Below, in pieces: positions 48,588 to 57,617 of a stretch of 64,000 nt of DNA. The stretch is taken from contig CAZSTX010000002.1 in assembly GCA_964610025.1 (NCBI GenBank), positions 2,752 to 66,751 on the forward strand, written 5' to 3'. The position numbers were made by a program, and so were the translations under genes. The stretch's first letter is position 1. Each line of letters starts with the position of its first letter. Origin of the DNA: an uncultured Lentimicrobiaceae bacterium. Its GTDB lineage: Bacteria; Bacteroidota; Bacteroidia; Bacteroidales; WCHB1-69. The notes under the pieces were generated by a model. The model searched no databases and was not told the DNA's origin. It worked only from the letters and a program-made list of their open reading frames with translations.

Positions 48588-49148
48588 ATGTCAAGAATTG
48601 GAAAATTACCTATAACATTACCTAAAGAAGTAACTATCACCATTAATGAGAAATCAAATGATGTTACTGTAAAAGGACCTCTTGGAGAAATGACACAAAA
48701 AATAGACCCTTGTATTTCTCTCGAAATCGAAGATAATACATTGTATCTTAAACGTCATACAGAACAAAAACGCCATAAAGCAATGCATGGACTATATCGT
48801 TCGATATTAGCGAATATGGTAAAAGGAGTTTCAGAAGGATTTACTATTACACAAGAATTGATTGGAACCGGATATAAAGCACAAGCAACAGGTCAACAAT
48901 TAAATCTTTCACTAGGCTATTCACATGATATTATTTTTGAATTACCTACAGAAATAAAAGTAGAAACGATTACAGAAAGAGGAAAAAGTCCTATTATTAA
49001 ATTAACTTCTTATGATAAGCAATTATTAGGACAAGTAGCTTCTAAAATACGTTCTTATCGCAAACCAGAACCTTATAAAGGAAAAGGTATACGATATGAA
49101 GGTGAAGTCGTTAGAAGAAAAGCAGGAAAATCAGCAGAAAAGAAATAA
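48588..49148 (+). CDS. rplF: 50S ribosomal protein L6
   Basis: MSRIGKLPI N-terminus, operon position. Preceded by an AAGGAG motif. Confidence 0.97.
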   Translation: MSRIGKLPITLPKEVTITINEKSNDVTVKGPLGEMTQKIDPCISLEIEDNTLYLKRHTEQKRHKAMHGLYRSILANMVKGVSEGFTITQELIGTGYKAQATGQQLNLSLGYSHDIIFELPTEIKVETITERGKSPIIKLTSYDKQLLGQVASKIRSYRKPEPYKGKGIRYEGEVVRRKAGKSAEKK

Positions 49149-49172
49149 GAGAAACGTAATAATTACACAGTA

Positions 49173-49529
49173 ATGAAAGACTTAAGAACATATAGAAGAA
49201 ATCGAATCAGAAATAGAATTCGTAAATCTATTAAAGGAACAACAGAACGTCCAAGACTATCTGTCTTTAGAAGTAATAAACAGATATATGCACAAATAAT
49301 AAATGATCAAACAGGCACTACTCTTGTTGCCGCATCATCAATGATAGAAGCAATAGATATTCAAAAAATTACTAAAATAGAAAAAGCTAAATTAGTAGGA
49401 AAAGAATTAGCTATTAAAGCAAAAGAAGCAGGTATTAATACTGTTGTCTTTGATCGCAATGGCTATTTATATCATGGAAGAGTAAAATCTTTAGCTGAAG
49501 CAGCAAGAGAAGAAGGTTTAATATTTTAA
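49173..49529 (+). CDS. rplR: 50S ribosomal protein L18
   Basis: [18 protein letters not shown] and [13 protein letters not shown] signatures. Confidence 0.97.
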   Translation: MKDLRTYRRNRIRNRIRKSIKGTTERPRLSVFRSNKQIYAQIINDQTGTTLVAASSMIEAIDIQKITKIEKAKLVGKELAIKAKEAGINTVVFDRNGYLYHGRVKSLAEAAREEGLIF

Positions 49530-49538
49530 ATTATAATT

Positions 49539-50051
49539 ATGTCAACAGTAAAAAGAGTAAAGACAAGTGAAATAGAACTTAAAGATAGGTTAGTAAGCGT
49601 ACAACGAGTAACCAAAGTAACTAAAGGAGGACGAACATTTAGTTTTTCTGCTATTGTTGTTGTAGGTAATAAAGAAGGAATAGTCGGTTATGGTTTAGGA
49701 AAAGCAAAAGAAGTAAATATGGCTATTCAAAAAGGGATAGAAGATGCAAAAAAACATCTTATACAAGTTCCTATTTTAAAAGGAACACTACCACATGCTC
49801 AAGAAGGAAAATATAGTGGTGCGTTAGTATTGGTTAAACCTGCTTCTCCTGGTACAGGAGTTATAGCTGGCGGAGCTATGCGTGCCGTATTAGAAAGCGT
49901 TGGATTAAAAAATGTGTTAGCAAAATCAAAAGGTTCTCCTAATCCACACAGTGTAGTAAAAGCAACTATAGATGCATTGTCGAAAATTAGAGACCCTTAT
50001 GCAATAGCACAATTAAGAGGAGTAGAACTATCAAAAGTGTTTAATGGCTAA
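49539..50051 (+). CDS. rpsE: 30S ribosomal protein S5
   Basis: [12 protein letters not shown]...VVVGN signature. Confidence 0.98.
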   Translation: MSTVKRVKTSEIELKDRLVSVQRVTKVTKGGRTFSFSAIVVVGNKEGIVGYGLGKAKEVNMAIQKGIEDAKKHLIQVPILKGTLPHAQEGKYSGALVLVKPASPGTGVIAGGAMRAVLESVGLKNVLAKSKGSPNPHSVVKATIDALSKIRDPYAIAQLRGVELSKVFNG

Positions 50052-50059
50052 TAGATAAT

Positions 50060-50242
50060 ATGATGAAGAAATTAAGAATAACACAAGTTAGAAGTCAAAT
50101 AAATAGACCTAAAGAGCAAAAAAGAACAATTATTGCATTGGGATTGAAAAAATTAAACCGCCCTATAGAAGTAGAGGCAACGCCACAAATATTAGGAATG
50201 ATAGAAGCAGTGAAGCATTTATTAAAAATAGAAGAAATATAG
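50060..50242 (+). CDS. rpmD: 50S ribosomal protein L30
   Basis: 60 aa, LRITQVRS...GLKK pattern, operon position. Confidence 0.94.
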   Translation: MMKKLRITQVRSQINRPKEQKRTIIALGLKKLNRPIEVEATPQILGMIEAVKHLLKIEEI

Positions 50243-50273
50243 ATAATAATTTGGAAAGATAGAATTTAAAGAT

Positions 50274-50720
50274 ATGAATTTACATAATTTAAAACCAGCA
50301 GAAGGTTCGACAAAAAAAAGTAAACGTATTGGTAGAGGACAAGGGTCAGGTAAAGGAGGCACTTCTACAAAAGGACATAAAGGCGCTCAATCTCGCTCTG
50401 GTTATTCAAGAAAAGCTGGATTTGAAGGCGGGCAAATGCCGCTATATCGCCGTGTCCCAAAGTCGGGGTTTAAAAATATTAACCGTATAGAATATAATGC
50501 TATTAATATTTCTACTTTACAATATTTATACGATAAAAAAGGAATAACATCTTTCGACCCAGAAATATTTTGTGATAATGGATTAGCTTCTAAAAAAGAC
50601 ATGATAAAAATATTAGCTAATGGCACATTAACAGCAAAAGTAGAAATTAAAGCACATGCTTTTTCAGGAAAAGCAATACAAGTAATTGAAGAAAATGGTG
50701 GAACAGCAATAAAATTATAG
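50274..50720 (+). CDS. rplO: 50S ribosomal protein L15
   Basis: LHNLKPAEGS...GRGQGSGKGGTS signature. Confidence 0.97.
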   Translation: MNLHNLKPAEGSTKKSKRIGRGQGSGKGGTSTKGHKGAQSRSGYSRKAGFEGGQMPLYRRVPKSGFKNINRIEYNAINISTLQYLYDKKGITSFDPEIFCDNGLASKKDMIKILANGTLTAKVEIKAHAFSGKAIQVIEENGGTAIKL

Positions 50721-50721
50721 C

Positions 50722-52107
50722 ATGAAAAAACTTATAGCGACAATTAAGAACATTTATAATATTGAAGAATTACGCAATCGAATTCTTTATACCTTAGGAA
50801 TTGTATTAATATATAGAGTTGGTTCTTATATTGCATTGCCAGGAGTAGATGTTCAAGCACTTGCCAACACATCTTTCACTTCAAGTTCTCGAGAAGGCTT
50901 GTTAGGGTTGTTAGATATGTTTTCAGGAGGAGCTTTTTCTAATGCCTCTATATTTGCATTGGGAATTATGCCTTATATATCGGCATCTATTGTTATACAA
51001 TTAATGACATTAGTAGTTCCTTATTTTCAACGATTGCAAAAAGAAGGAGAAAGCGGAAGAAAAAAAATCAATCAGTTAACGAGATTTTTAACCATAGCAG
51101 TTACGGCATTACAAGCTCCTGCTTATTTAACTAATCTAGTATCTCAAGTGGGATTTAGTTCGGGCGTTTTTCACACATTTACAGGGGACCCAATATTGGC
51201 AGGGTCAGGATTGCCATGGTCATTTACATTTGTGTCTATCATAGTTTTAGTGTCAAGTACACTATTTATTATGTGGTTAGGCGAACGAATTACGGATAAA
51301 GGAATCGGGAATGGAATTTCTCTTTTGATTATGGTAGGTATTATTGCACGATTACCTTTTTCGCTATCAGCAGAATTTGTATCAAAAGTAGCAGAGAGAG
51401 GCAATGGAGGACTTATAACTTTTTTGATTGAAATATTAGTGTTGATGGCAGTAATATTGATATCCATTTTATTAGTGCAAGGAACGCGTAAAGTACCAGT
51501 ACAATATGCAAAAAGAATTGTTGGAAATAAACAATATGGCGGTCAAAGACAATATTTACCTATCAAAGTAAACGCCGCAGGCGTAATGCCTATTATTTTT
51601 GCACAAGCAATCATGTTTTTACCATTAACATTAATGGGCTTTGCATCTAATAGTGAAACAATGGGAAAATTAGCAGCTGCCTTAACAAATAATACAGGTT
51701 TTTGGTATAATTTTGTATTTGCAATATTAATTATATCATTTACTTATTTTTATACTGCAATAACATTTAATCCAAGTCAAATTGCAGACGATATGAAGAA
51801 AAACGGCGGTTTTATTCCAGGAATAAAACCAGGGAAAAAGACAGTAGAATTTATTGATAATGTTATATCGAAAGTAACACTACCAGGTTCAATTTTTCTT
51901 GCTTTTATTGCTATTATGCCAGCATTTGCTAGAATATTTGGAATAAATTCTCAATTTGCACAATTTTTTGGAGGAACATCTTTATTGATTATGGTAGGTG
52001 TAGTATTAGATACGCTACAACAAATAGAAAGTCATTTATTAATGCGTCATTATGATGGATTAACAAAATCAGGTAGAATAAAAGGACGTAGTACCTTGCC
52101 TATTTAA
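50722..52107 (+). CDS. secY: Preprotein translocase subunit SecY
   Basis: 461 aa, 10 TM helices, GIMPYISASI(V)IQL motif, operon position. Confidence 0.97.
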   Translation: MKKLIATIKNIYNIEELRNRILYTLGIVLIYRVGSYIALPGVDVQALANTSFTSSSREGLLGLLDMFSGGAFSNASIFALGIMPYISASIVIQLMTLVVPYFQRLQKEGESGRKKINQLTRFLTIAVTALQAPAYLTNLVSQVGFSSGVFHTFTGDPILAGSGLPWSFTFVSIIVLVSSTLFIMWLGERITDKGIGNGISLLIMVGIIARLPFSLSAEFVSKVAERGNGGLITFLIEILVLMAVILISILLVQGTRKVPVQYAKRIVGNKQYGGQRQYLPIKVNAAGVMPIIFAQAIMFLPLTLMGFASNSETMGKLAAALTNNTGFWYNFVFAILIISFTYFYTAITFNPSQIADDMKKNGGFIPGIKPGKKTVEFIDNVISKVTLPGSIFLAFIAIMPAFARIFGINSQFAQFFGGTSLLIMVGVVLDTLQQIESHLLMRHYDGLTKSGRIKGRSTLPI

Positions 52108-52130
52108 TAAATGAGTAAATTCTAAAAAAA

Positions 52131-52904
52131 GTGATACATTTAAAGACGGAAAAAGAAATTGATATTATAAAAAAAAGTTCTTTGATAGTTGGGAAAACCT
52201 TAGCTGAAGTTGCAAAATTAATTCAACCAGGTATAATGTGTAAAGTTTTAGATAAAGTTGCCGAAGAATTTATTCGCGATAATGAGGCAATACCATCTTT
52301 TAAAGGTTATAATGGTTATCCAGCCACATTATGTATTTCGGTAAATGATGTAATAGTACACGGAATACCAGGAAATTATGAACTACAAGATGGAGATATT
52401 GTAGCTGTAGATTGTGGAGCAAAGAAAAATGGATTTCATGCAGATTACGCATATACCTTTCAAGTAGGAAGAGTAACAGAAGAAATTCAAAATCTTTGTA
52501 TAAGAACAAAAGAATCTTTATATAAAGGTATTGAACAAGCAAAAGAAGGCAATAGAGTGGGAGACATTAGTTATGCTATTCAATCTTATGTAGAAGGATT
52601 TGGCTATTCGGTTGTAAGAGAATTGATAGGGCATGGTGTAGGGAAACATTTGCATGAAAAACCAGATATTCCAAATTATGGACAAAAAGGAAAAGGACCA
52701 AAAATAAAAAAAGGAATGGTCTTTTGTATAGAACCTATGATTAATTTAGGACAAAGATATATACGAATAGATAAAGACGGCTGGACTACACGTACAGCAG
52801 ATAAAAAACACTCTGCACACTTTGAGCATATGGTAGCAATTAGAGAAAATGGAACAGAAATATTATCAACATACGAATATATAGAAAAAGTATTAATAAA
52901 ATAA
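52131..52904 (+). CDS. map: Type I methionine aminopeptidase
   Basis: GTG start. Metal ligands are in VAVDCG, ADYAYTF, GHGVG and CIEP blocks. Confidence 0.95.
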   Translation: MIHLKTEKEIDIIKKSSLIVGKTLAEVAKLIQPGIMCKVLDKVAEEFIRDNEAIPSFKGYNGYPATLCISVNDVIVHGIPGNYELQDGDIVAVDCGAKKNGFHADYAYTFQVGRVTEEIQNLCIRTKESLYKGIEQAKEGNRVGDISYAIQSYVEGFGYSVVRELIGHGVGKHLHEKPDIPNYGQKGKGPKIKKGMVFCIEPMINLGQRYIRIDKDGWTTRTADKKHSAHFEHMVAIRENGTEILSTYEYIEKVLIK

Positions 52905-52911
52905 AAAATAA

Positions 52912-53133
52912 ATGGCAAAACAGTCATCAATAGAACAAGATGGTATAGTGTTAGAATCACTTGGAAATGCGATGTTTCGTGTTGAATTAGAAAATGGACA
53001 CAAAGTCATTGCATATATTTCAGGTAAAATGAGGATGCACTATATCAAAATTTTACCAGGAGATAAGGTAAAAATGGAAATGTCTATTTATGACTTATCA
53101 AAAGCTAGAATTATATTTAGGTATAAAAATTAA
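52912..53133 (+). CDS. infA: Translation initiation factor IF-1
   Basis: 73 aa S1-like OB fold, FRVELENGH...ISGKMR signature. Confidence 0.97.
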   Translation: MAKQSSIEQDGIVLESLGNAMFRVELENGHKVIAYISGKMRMHYIKILPGDKVKMEMSIYDLSKARIIFRYKN

Positions 53134-53146
53134 GAGTGAAATAAAC

Positions 53147-53263
53147 ATGAAAGTCAGGGCATCAGTAAAAAAAAGATCAGACGATTGTAAAGTTGTACGT
53201 CGTAAAGGGGTTGTTTATGTGATTAACAAAAAAAATCCTAAATTTAAACAAAGACAAGGTTAA
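53147..53263 (+). CDS. rpmJ: 50S ribosomal protein L36
   Basis: 38-aa ORF missing from the track because it is under 60 aa: [38 protein letters not shown]. Canonical position between infA and rpsM. Confidence 0.93.
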   Translation: MKVRASVKKRSDDCKVVRRKGVVYVINKKNPKFKQRQG

Positions 53264-53281
53264 AATTAAATAAAGAAGTAT

Positions 53282-53656
53282 ATGGCAAGAATTGCTGGTA
53301 TTGATTTACCAAAAAATAAAAGAGGAGAAATCGGATTAACGTATATCTACGGAATTGGCAGAACGACATCTCAACAAATATTGACAAAAGCCAATGTCTC
53401 TTGGGATAAAAAAGTACAAGATTGGAATGACGAAGATTTGAATGCTATTCGTACTATCATTGGAGAAATGAAAATAGAAGGAGCATTACGTTCAGAAGTG
53501 CAAATGAACATTAAACGTTTAATGGACATAGGCTGTTACCGAGGAATACGTCATCGTATCGGATTACCTGTTAGAGGACAATCAACAAAAAATAATGCGC
53601 GTACGCGTAAAGGAAGAAAGAAAATTGTTGCAAATAAGAAAAAAGCAACCAAATAA
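53282..53656 (+). CDS. rpsM: 30S ribosomal protein S13
   Basis: [10 protein letters not shown]...GLRHRxGLPVRGQ signature. Confidence 0.98.
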   Translation: MARIAGIDLPKNKRGEIGLTYIYGIGRTTSQQILTKANVSWDKKVQDWNDEDLNAIRTIIGEMKIEGALRSEVQMNIKRLMDIGCYRGIRHRIGLPVRGQSTKNNARTRKGRKKIVANKKKATK

Positions 53657-53696
53657 AATTTTAGAAAATAAACTTTAAGAGAATAAAAAATCGTTT

Positions 53697-54086
53697 ATGG
53701 CAAAATCAACAAAAGTTACTAAAAAAAGAGTAGTAAAGGTAGATGCAATAGGAAAAGCATTTATACAAGCATCTTTTAATAATGTTATTGTTACTTTAAC
53801 CAATAATTTTGGTCAAACTATTTCATGGTCATCGGCCGGAAAAATGGGATTTAGAGGCTCAAAGAAAAACACCCCTTATGCAGCTCAAATGGCAGCACAA
53901 GATGCCTCGAAAGTGGCTTATGATTTAGGATTGAGAAAAGTAAAAGTGTTTGTTAAAGGACCAGGAAGTGGAAGAGAATCAGCAATAAGAACAATTAATG
54001 CTGCTGGAATTGAAGTTACAGAAATTGTTGACGTAACACCATTACCACATAATGGATGCAGACCCCCTAAAAGAAGAAGAGTTTAA
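53697..54086 (+). CDS. rpsK: 30S ribosomal protein S11
   Basis: [11 protein letters not shown]...[16 protein letters not shown] signature. Confidence 0.98.
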   Translation: MAKSTKVTKKRVVKVDAIGKAFIQASFNNVIVTLTNNFGQTISWSSAGKMGFRGSKKNTPYAAQMAAQDASKVAYDLGLRKVKVFVKGPGSGRESAIRTINAAGIEVTEIVDVTPLPHNGCRPPKRRRV

Positions 54087-54119
54087 TAATTAAGAAAAAA
54101 CAGTTTAATTTAGATAGAA

Positions 54120-54734
54120 ATGGCAAGATATATTGGTCCAAAATCAAAAATAGCGAGGAAGTTTAAAGATCCTATATATGGTCCTGATAAATATTTAGAA
54201 AAGAAAAATTATCCTCCCGGACAACATGGAATAAATAAAAGAAGAGGCGCAGGTAAGATATCAGAATATGGATTACAACTTCAAGAAAAACAAAAAGCAA
54301 AACTTACCTATGGTATTTTAGAAAAACAATTTAAAAATATTTACCATAAAGCTTCTTCTAAAAAAGGAGTTACAGGAGAAATATTACTCCAATTAATAGA
54401 ATCTCGTTTAGATAATATAGTTTATCGTTTAGGAATAGCTCCAACAAGGGCTGCTGCACGCCAATTAGTAACACATAAACATATTGTTGTAAACGAAAAA
54501 GTAATTAATATTCCTTCTTATACATTAAAAGTAGGAGATATTGTTGGTGTAAGAGAACGATCAAAAGCCCTTGAAACAATTCAAGAATCACTAAACCGAC
54601 ATTCAGCAAGCAGATACCCATGGTTAGAGTGGGATAATAATAAAATGGTAGGAAAATATATGATGGTTCCTGAAAGAGATATGATACCTGAAAATATTCA
54701 AGAACAACTAATAGTAGAGTTATATTCTAAGTAA
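54120..54734 (+). CDS. rpsD: 30S ribosomal protein S4
   Basis: MARYIGPK N-terminus, S4 RNA-binding domain ([10 protein letters not shown]). Confidence 0.98.
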   Translation: MARYIGPKSKIARKFKDPIYGPDKYLEKKNYPPGQHGINKRRGAGKISEYGLQLQEKQKAKLTYGILEKQFKNIYHKASSKKGVTGEILLQLIESRLDNIVYRLGIAPTRAAARQLVTHKHIVVNEKVINIPSYTLKVGDIVGVRERSKALETIQESLNRHSASRYPWLEWDNNKMVGKYMMVPERDMIPENIQEQLIVELYSK

Positions 54735-54767
54735 AAGTAAGTTAATAATAAATAAAAATATAATAAA

Positions 54768-55766
54768 ATGGTTATAATCCCTTTTCAAAAACCGGATAAA
54801 ATAATAATGTTGGAAGCAAATGACTATTTTGGAGTCTTTGAATTTCGACCTTTAGAACCCGGCTACGGAGTTACAATAGGAAATGCATTAAGAAGAGTAT
54901 TGGTATCTTCCCTTGAAGGATTCGCAATTACCTCTATTAAAATAGAAGGAGTATTGCATGAATTTTCAACTATCCCTGGAGTTTTAGAAGATGTTACAGA
55001 TATTATTTTAAATATTAAACAAATTCGATTAAAAAGTAAAATTGAAGATCAAACAAGCGAAAAAGTTCGTTTTACTATTATAGGACAAAACGAATTCAAA
55101 GCAGGCGATATCAATAGTTTTTTAAGCGGATTTCAAGTCTTAAACGAAGATTTACATATCTGTACAATGGAACCAAATGTGAAGTTGGAAATAGAATTAA
55201 CAATTGATAAAGGACGTGGTTATGTACCAGTAGAAGACAACAGACAATTACATAATGAAATTGGAGTTATAGCATTAGATTCTATTCATACTCCACTTAA
55301 AAATGTAATGTACAGAGTAGAAAATTATCGCGTTGAACAAAAAACTGATTTTGAAAAATTGATTTTTGAAATTACTACCGATGGGTCAGTACATCCAAAA
55401 GAAGCCCTTAAAAAAGCAGCTAAAGTTTTGATACATCATTTTATTCTGTTTTCAGAAGACAAAATTACAACAAATATTGACGAAATATCGTTAAGTGAAG
55501 AGTTTGATGAAACGTCATTGCATATTCGACAAATATTGAAACAGAAATTAATAGATATGGAACTTACTGTTAGAGCATTAAATTGCTTGAGAGCAGCCGA
55601 TATAGAAACCATAGGAGATTTAGTTGTCGTTCATAAATCCGAATTGTTAAAAATTAGAAATTTCGGAAGAAAATCATTAGCTGAATTAGAAGAATTTGTT
55701 AAATCAAGAGGCTTAGAATTTGGAATGAATGTGGCAAAATATAAATTAGATTTAGAAAAAGATTAA
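54768..55766 (+). CDS. rpoA: DNA-directed RNA polymerase subunit alpha
   Basis: [11 protein letters not shown]-type motif ([11 protein letters not shown]), C-terminal domain with [10 protein letters not shown]. Confidence 0.98.
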   Translation: MVIIPFQKPDKIIMLEANDYFGVFEFRPLEPGYGVTIGNALRRVLVSSLEGFAITSIKIEGVLHEFSTIPGVLEDVTDIILNIKQIRLKSKIEDQTSEKVRFTIIGQNEFKAGDINSFLSGFQVLNEDLHICTMEPNVKLEIELTIDKGRGYVPVEDNRQLHNEIGVIALDSIHTPLKNVMYRVENYRVEQKTDFEKLIFEITTDGSVHPKEALKKAAKVLIHHFILFSEDKITTNIDEISLSEEFDETSLHIRQILKQKLIDMELTVRALNCLRAADIETIGDLVVVHKSELLKIRNFGRKSLAELEEFVKSRGLEFGMNVAKYKLDLEKD

Positions 55767-55781
55767 TATTATAAAAGAGAT

Positions 55782-56429
55782 ATGAGACACGGGAAAAAAA
55801 TAAATTCATTAAGCAGAAAAAGTGCTCACCGTAAAGCTATGTTAGCTAATATGACAGTATCTTTGATTATGCACAAAAGGATAAATACCACAGTAGCTAA
55901 AGCAAAAGCACTTAAAAAATATGTAGAACCATTGCTTACAAAATCAAAAACCGATTCCACTCATTCAAGACGTGTTGTGTTTAGTTATCTACAAGATAAA
56001 ACAGCAATCAATGAATTGTTTAGAGAAATTTCACAAAAAATAGCTGATAGACCAGGTGGATACACACGTATTTTACGTACAGGATTTCGTGCAGGAGATG
56101 CTGCCGAAATGTGTATAATTGAATTGGTAGATTATAATGAAAATTATACTCAAAGTAAAAGCGATAAAAAAGCTAAAACTAAAACAACCCGTAGAAGTAG
56201 AAGTAAAAAAACAACAGAAAAAGAAATACTTGAAGCTACTACTCCTTCTACACCAGCAAGTGAAGATACAATAACAGAAAATGAAAACGTAGCAACAGAA
56301 AAAGTTGTAGCAGAAAAAGTTGTAGCAGAAGAGGTTGTAATAGAAGAGGCTGTAAAAGAAAAAGTTGTGGAAGAAGAGGGTGTAACTGAAGATACCCCAA
56401 AAATAGAAACGTCTACTGAAAAAGAATAA
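55782..56429 (+). CDS. rplQ: 50S ribosomal protein L17 with a ~95-aa acidic repetitive C-terminal extension
   Basis: [22 protein letters not shown]-terminus and the L17 core to about residue 120. This is followed by a Lys-rich segment and then a Glu/Val-rich pentapeptide repeat tail. Confidence 0.96.
   Translation: MRHGKKINSLSRKSAHRKAMLANMTVSLIMHKRINTTVAKAKALKKYVEPLLTKSKTDSTHSRRVVFSYLQDKTAINELFREISQKIADRPGGYTRILRTGFRAGDAAEMCIIELVDYNENYTQSKSDKKAKTKTTRRSRSKKTTEKEILEATTPSTPASEDTITENENVATEKVVAEKVVAEEVVIEEAVKEKVVEEEGVTEDTPKIETSTEKE
56283..56387 (+). repeat. Seven tandem 15-bp (pentapeptide) repeats inside the rplQ 3' extension
   Basis: GAAAAAGTTGTAGCA occurs twice perfectly (56298-56327), flanked by diverged copies. 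They encode [35 protein letters not shown]. Confidence 0.85.
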
Positions 56430-56453
56430 TAAAATTTATAATAATATAAAGAT

Positions 56454-56497
56454 AAAGGTGTTGTTTTTACATAAAATAATACCTTTTTTTATTTTTT
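56454..56497 (+). terminator. Putative rho-independent terminator ending the ribosomal superoperon
   Basis: Stem AAAGGTGTT/AATACCTTT (one G-U pair) with a 15-nt loop, followed by TTTTATTTTTT. The loop is long, so confidence is moderate. Confidence 0.5.
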
Positions 56498-56604
56498 AAA
56501 GAAGTCTTGCGTTAAAAATTACCACAATTATTCCGTCTGAAATAATAAACAGAAAATTGTTAGAAAAAACGGAAATAAATCTTTTAAATATAAAAACTTT
56601 TTTC

Positions 56605-56612
56605 TAATTTTG
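56605..56612 (+). promoter_or_regulatory. Putative -7 box (TAATTTTG) for prs
   Basis: TAATTTTG, 26 nt upstream of ATG 56639. Confidence 0.45.
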
Positions 56613-56638
56613 GAAAATATTAAATTTAAACAACAATA

Positions 56639-57604
56639 ATGTCTTCAAAAGTTAAAATAGCCTCAGGAAGAGCAAGTAAATCACTTGCCGAAAAGATAGC
56701 AATAGCTTATAATCAGAAATTAGTAGAAGTAGAAGTTCTTGTATTTAGCGATGGAGAATTTCAACCTTCTTATTGTGAAAATTTACGAGGGTCCGATGTT
56801 TTTATCATTCAATCGACATTCCCACCAGCCGATAATCTTTTAGAACTACTATATATGATAGATGCAGCGAAACGAGCATCAGCTCATCGTATTATAGCCG
56901 TTATACCTTATTTTGGAGTGGCAAGGCAAGATAGAAAAGATAAACCAAGAGTGGCTATTGGCGCTAAATTAGTAGCTAATTTATTAACAGTTGCAGGAGC
57001 CGACCGTGTTATTACGATGGATTTACATGCCGACCAAATACAAGGTTTTTTTGATGTTCCTGTTGACAATGTATATGCTTCTCGTTTATTTCTACCATAT
57101 TTAAGACAAAGAAATTTTGACAATCTATGTTTGGCTTCTCCCGATACGGGAGGAACACGCAGAGCAGCTTCTTATGCTAAATACTTAGGTGCTGATCTTG
57201 CTATTGGATTTAAACAACGATCAAAAGCTAATGTAGTTGGCTCTTTACAAATAATAGGAGATGTAACCAATAAAAATGTAGTAATAGTTGATGACATTAT
57301 TGATACTGCCGGGACTATATGTAAAGCTGCAAATGCTATTAAATCTTTAGGAGCTAAAAGTGTTCGTGCTATGTGTGTGCATCCAGTTTTATCTGGAAAT
57401 GCTTATGAAAACATTGAGGCATCGTCTTTAGAAGAATTAATAACTACAGATACTATTCCTTTAAAAAGAACATTAAATAAAATTACGGTATTATCTACAG
57501 ATAAATTATTTGCAAAAGTTATTAATGGAGTGGTAACAAGTAGCTCTATCAGTTCATTATTTGATTATAATCATTTTATAGAATTTGATGATATTAAATT
57601 TTAA
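56639..57604 (+). CDS. prs: Ribose-phosphate pyrophosphokinase
   Basis: PRPP-binding loop VVIVDDIIDTAGT, DLHADQIQGFF motif, 321 aa. Confidence 0.95.
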   Translation: MSSKVKIASGRASKSLAEKIAIAYNQKLVEVEVLVFSDGEFQPSYCENLRGSDVFIIQSTFPPADNLLELLYMIDAAKRASAHRIIAVIPYFGVARQDRKDKPRVAIGAKLVANLLTVAGADRVITMDLHADQIQGFFDVPVDNVYASRLFLPYLRQRNFDNLCLASPDTGGTRRAASYAKYLGADLAIGFKQRSKANVVGSLQIIGDVTNKNVVIVDDIIDTAGTICKAANAIKSLGAKSVRAMCVHPVLSGNAYENIEASSLEELITTDTIPLKRTLNKITVLSTDKLFAKVINGVVTSSSISSLFDYNHFIEFDDIKF

Positions 57605-57617
57605 ATAAACTCTTTTT

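Noticed and set aside
56500-56604. Possible riboswitch or leader upstream of prs (TTCCGT...ACGGAA pairing)
   Set aside because: There is only a 6-bp complementary pair with an irregular 32-nt interior, and no resemblance to any riboswitch class I know. It also lies upstream of the putative -7 box and so may not be transcribed with prs.
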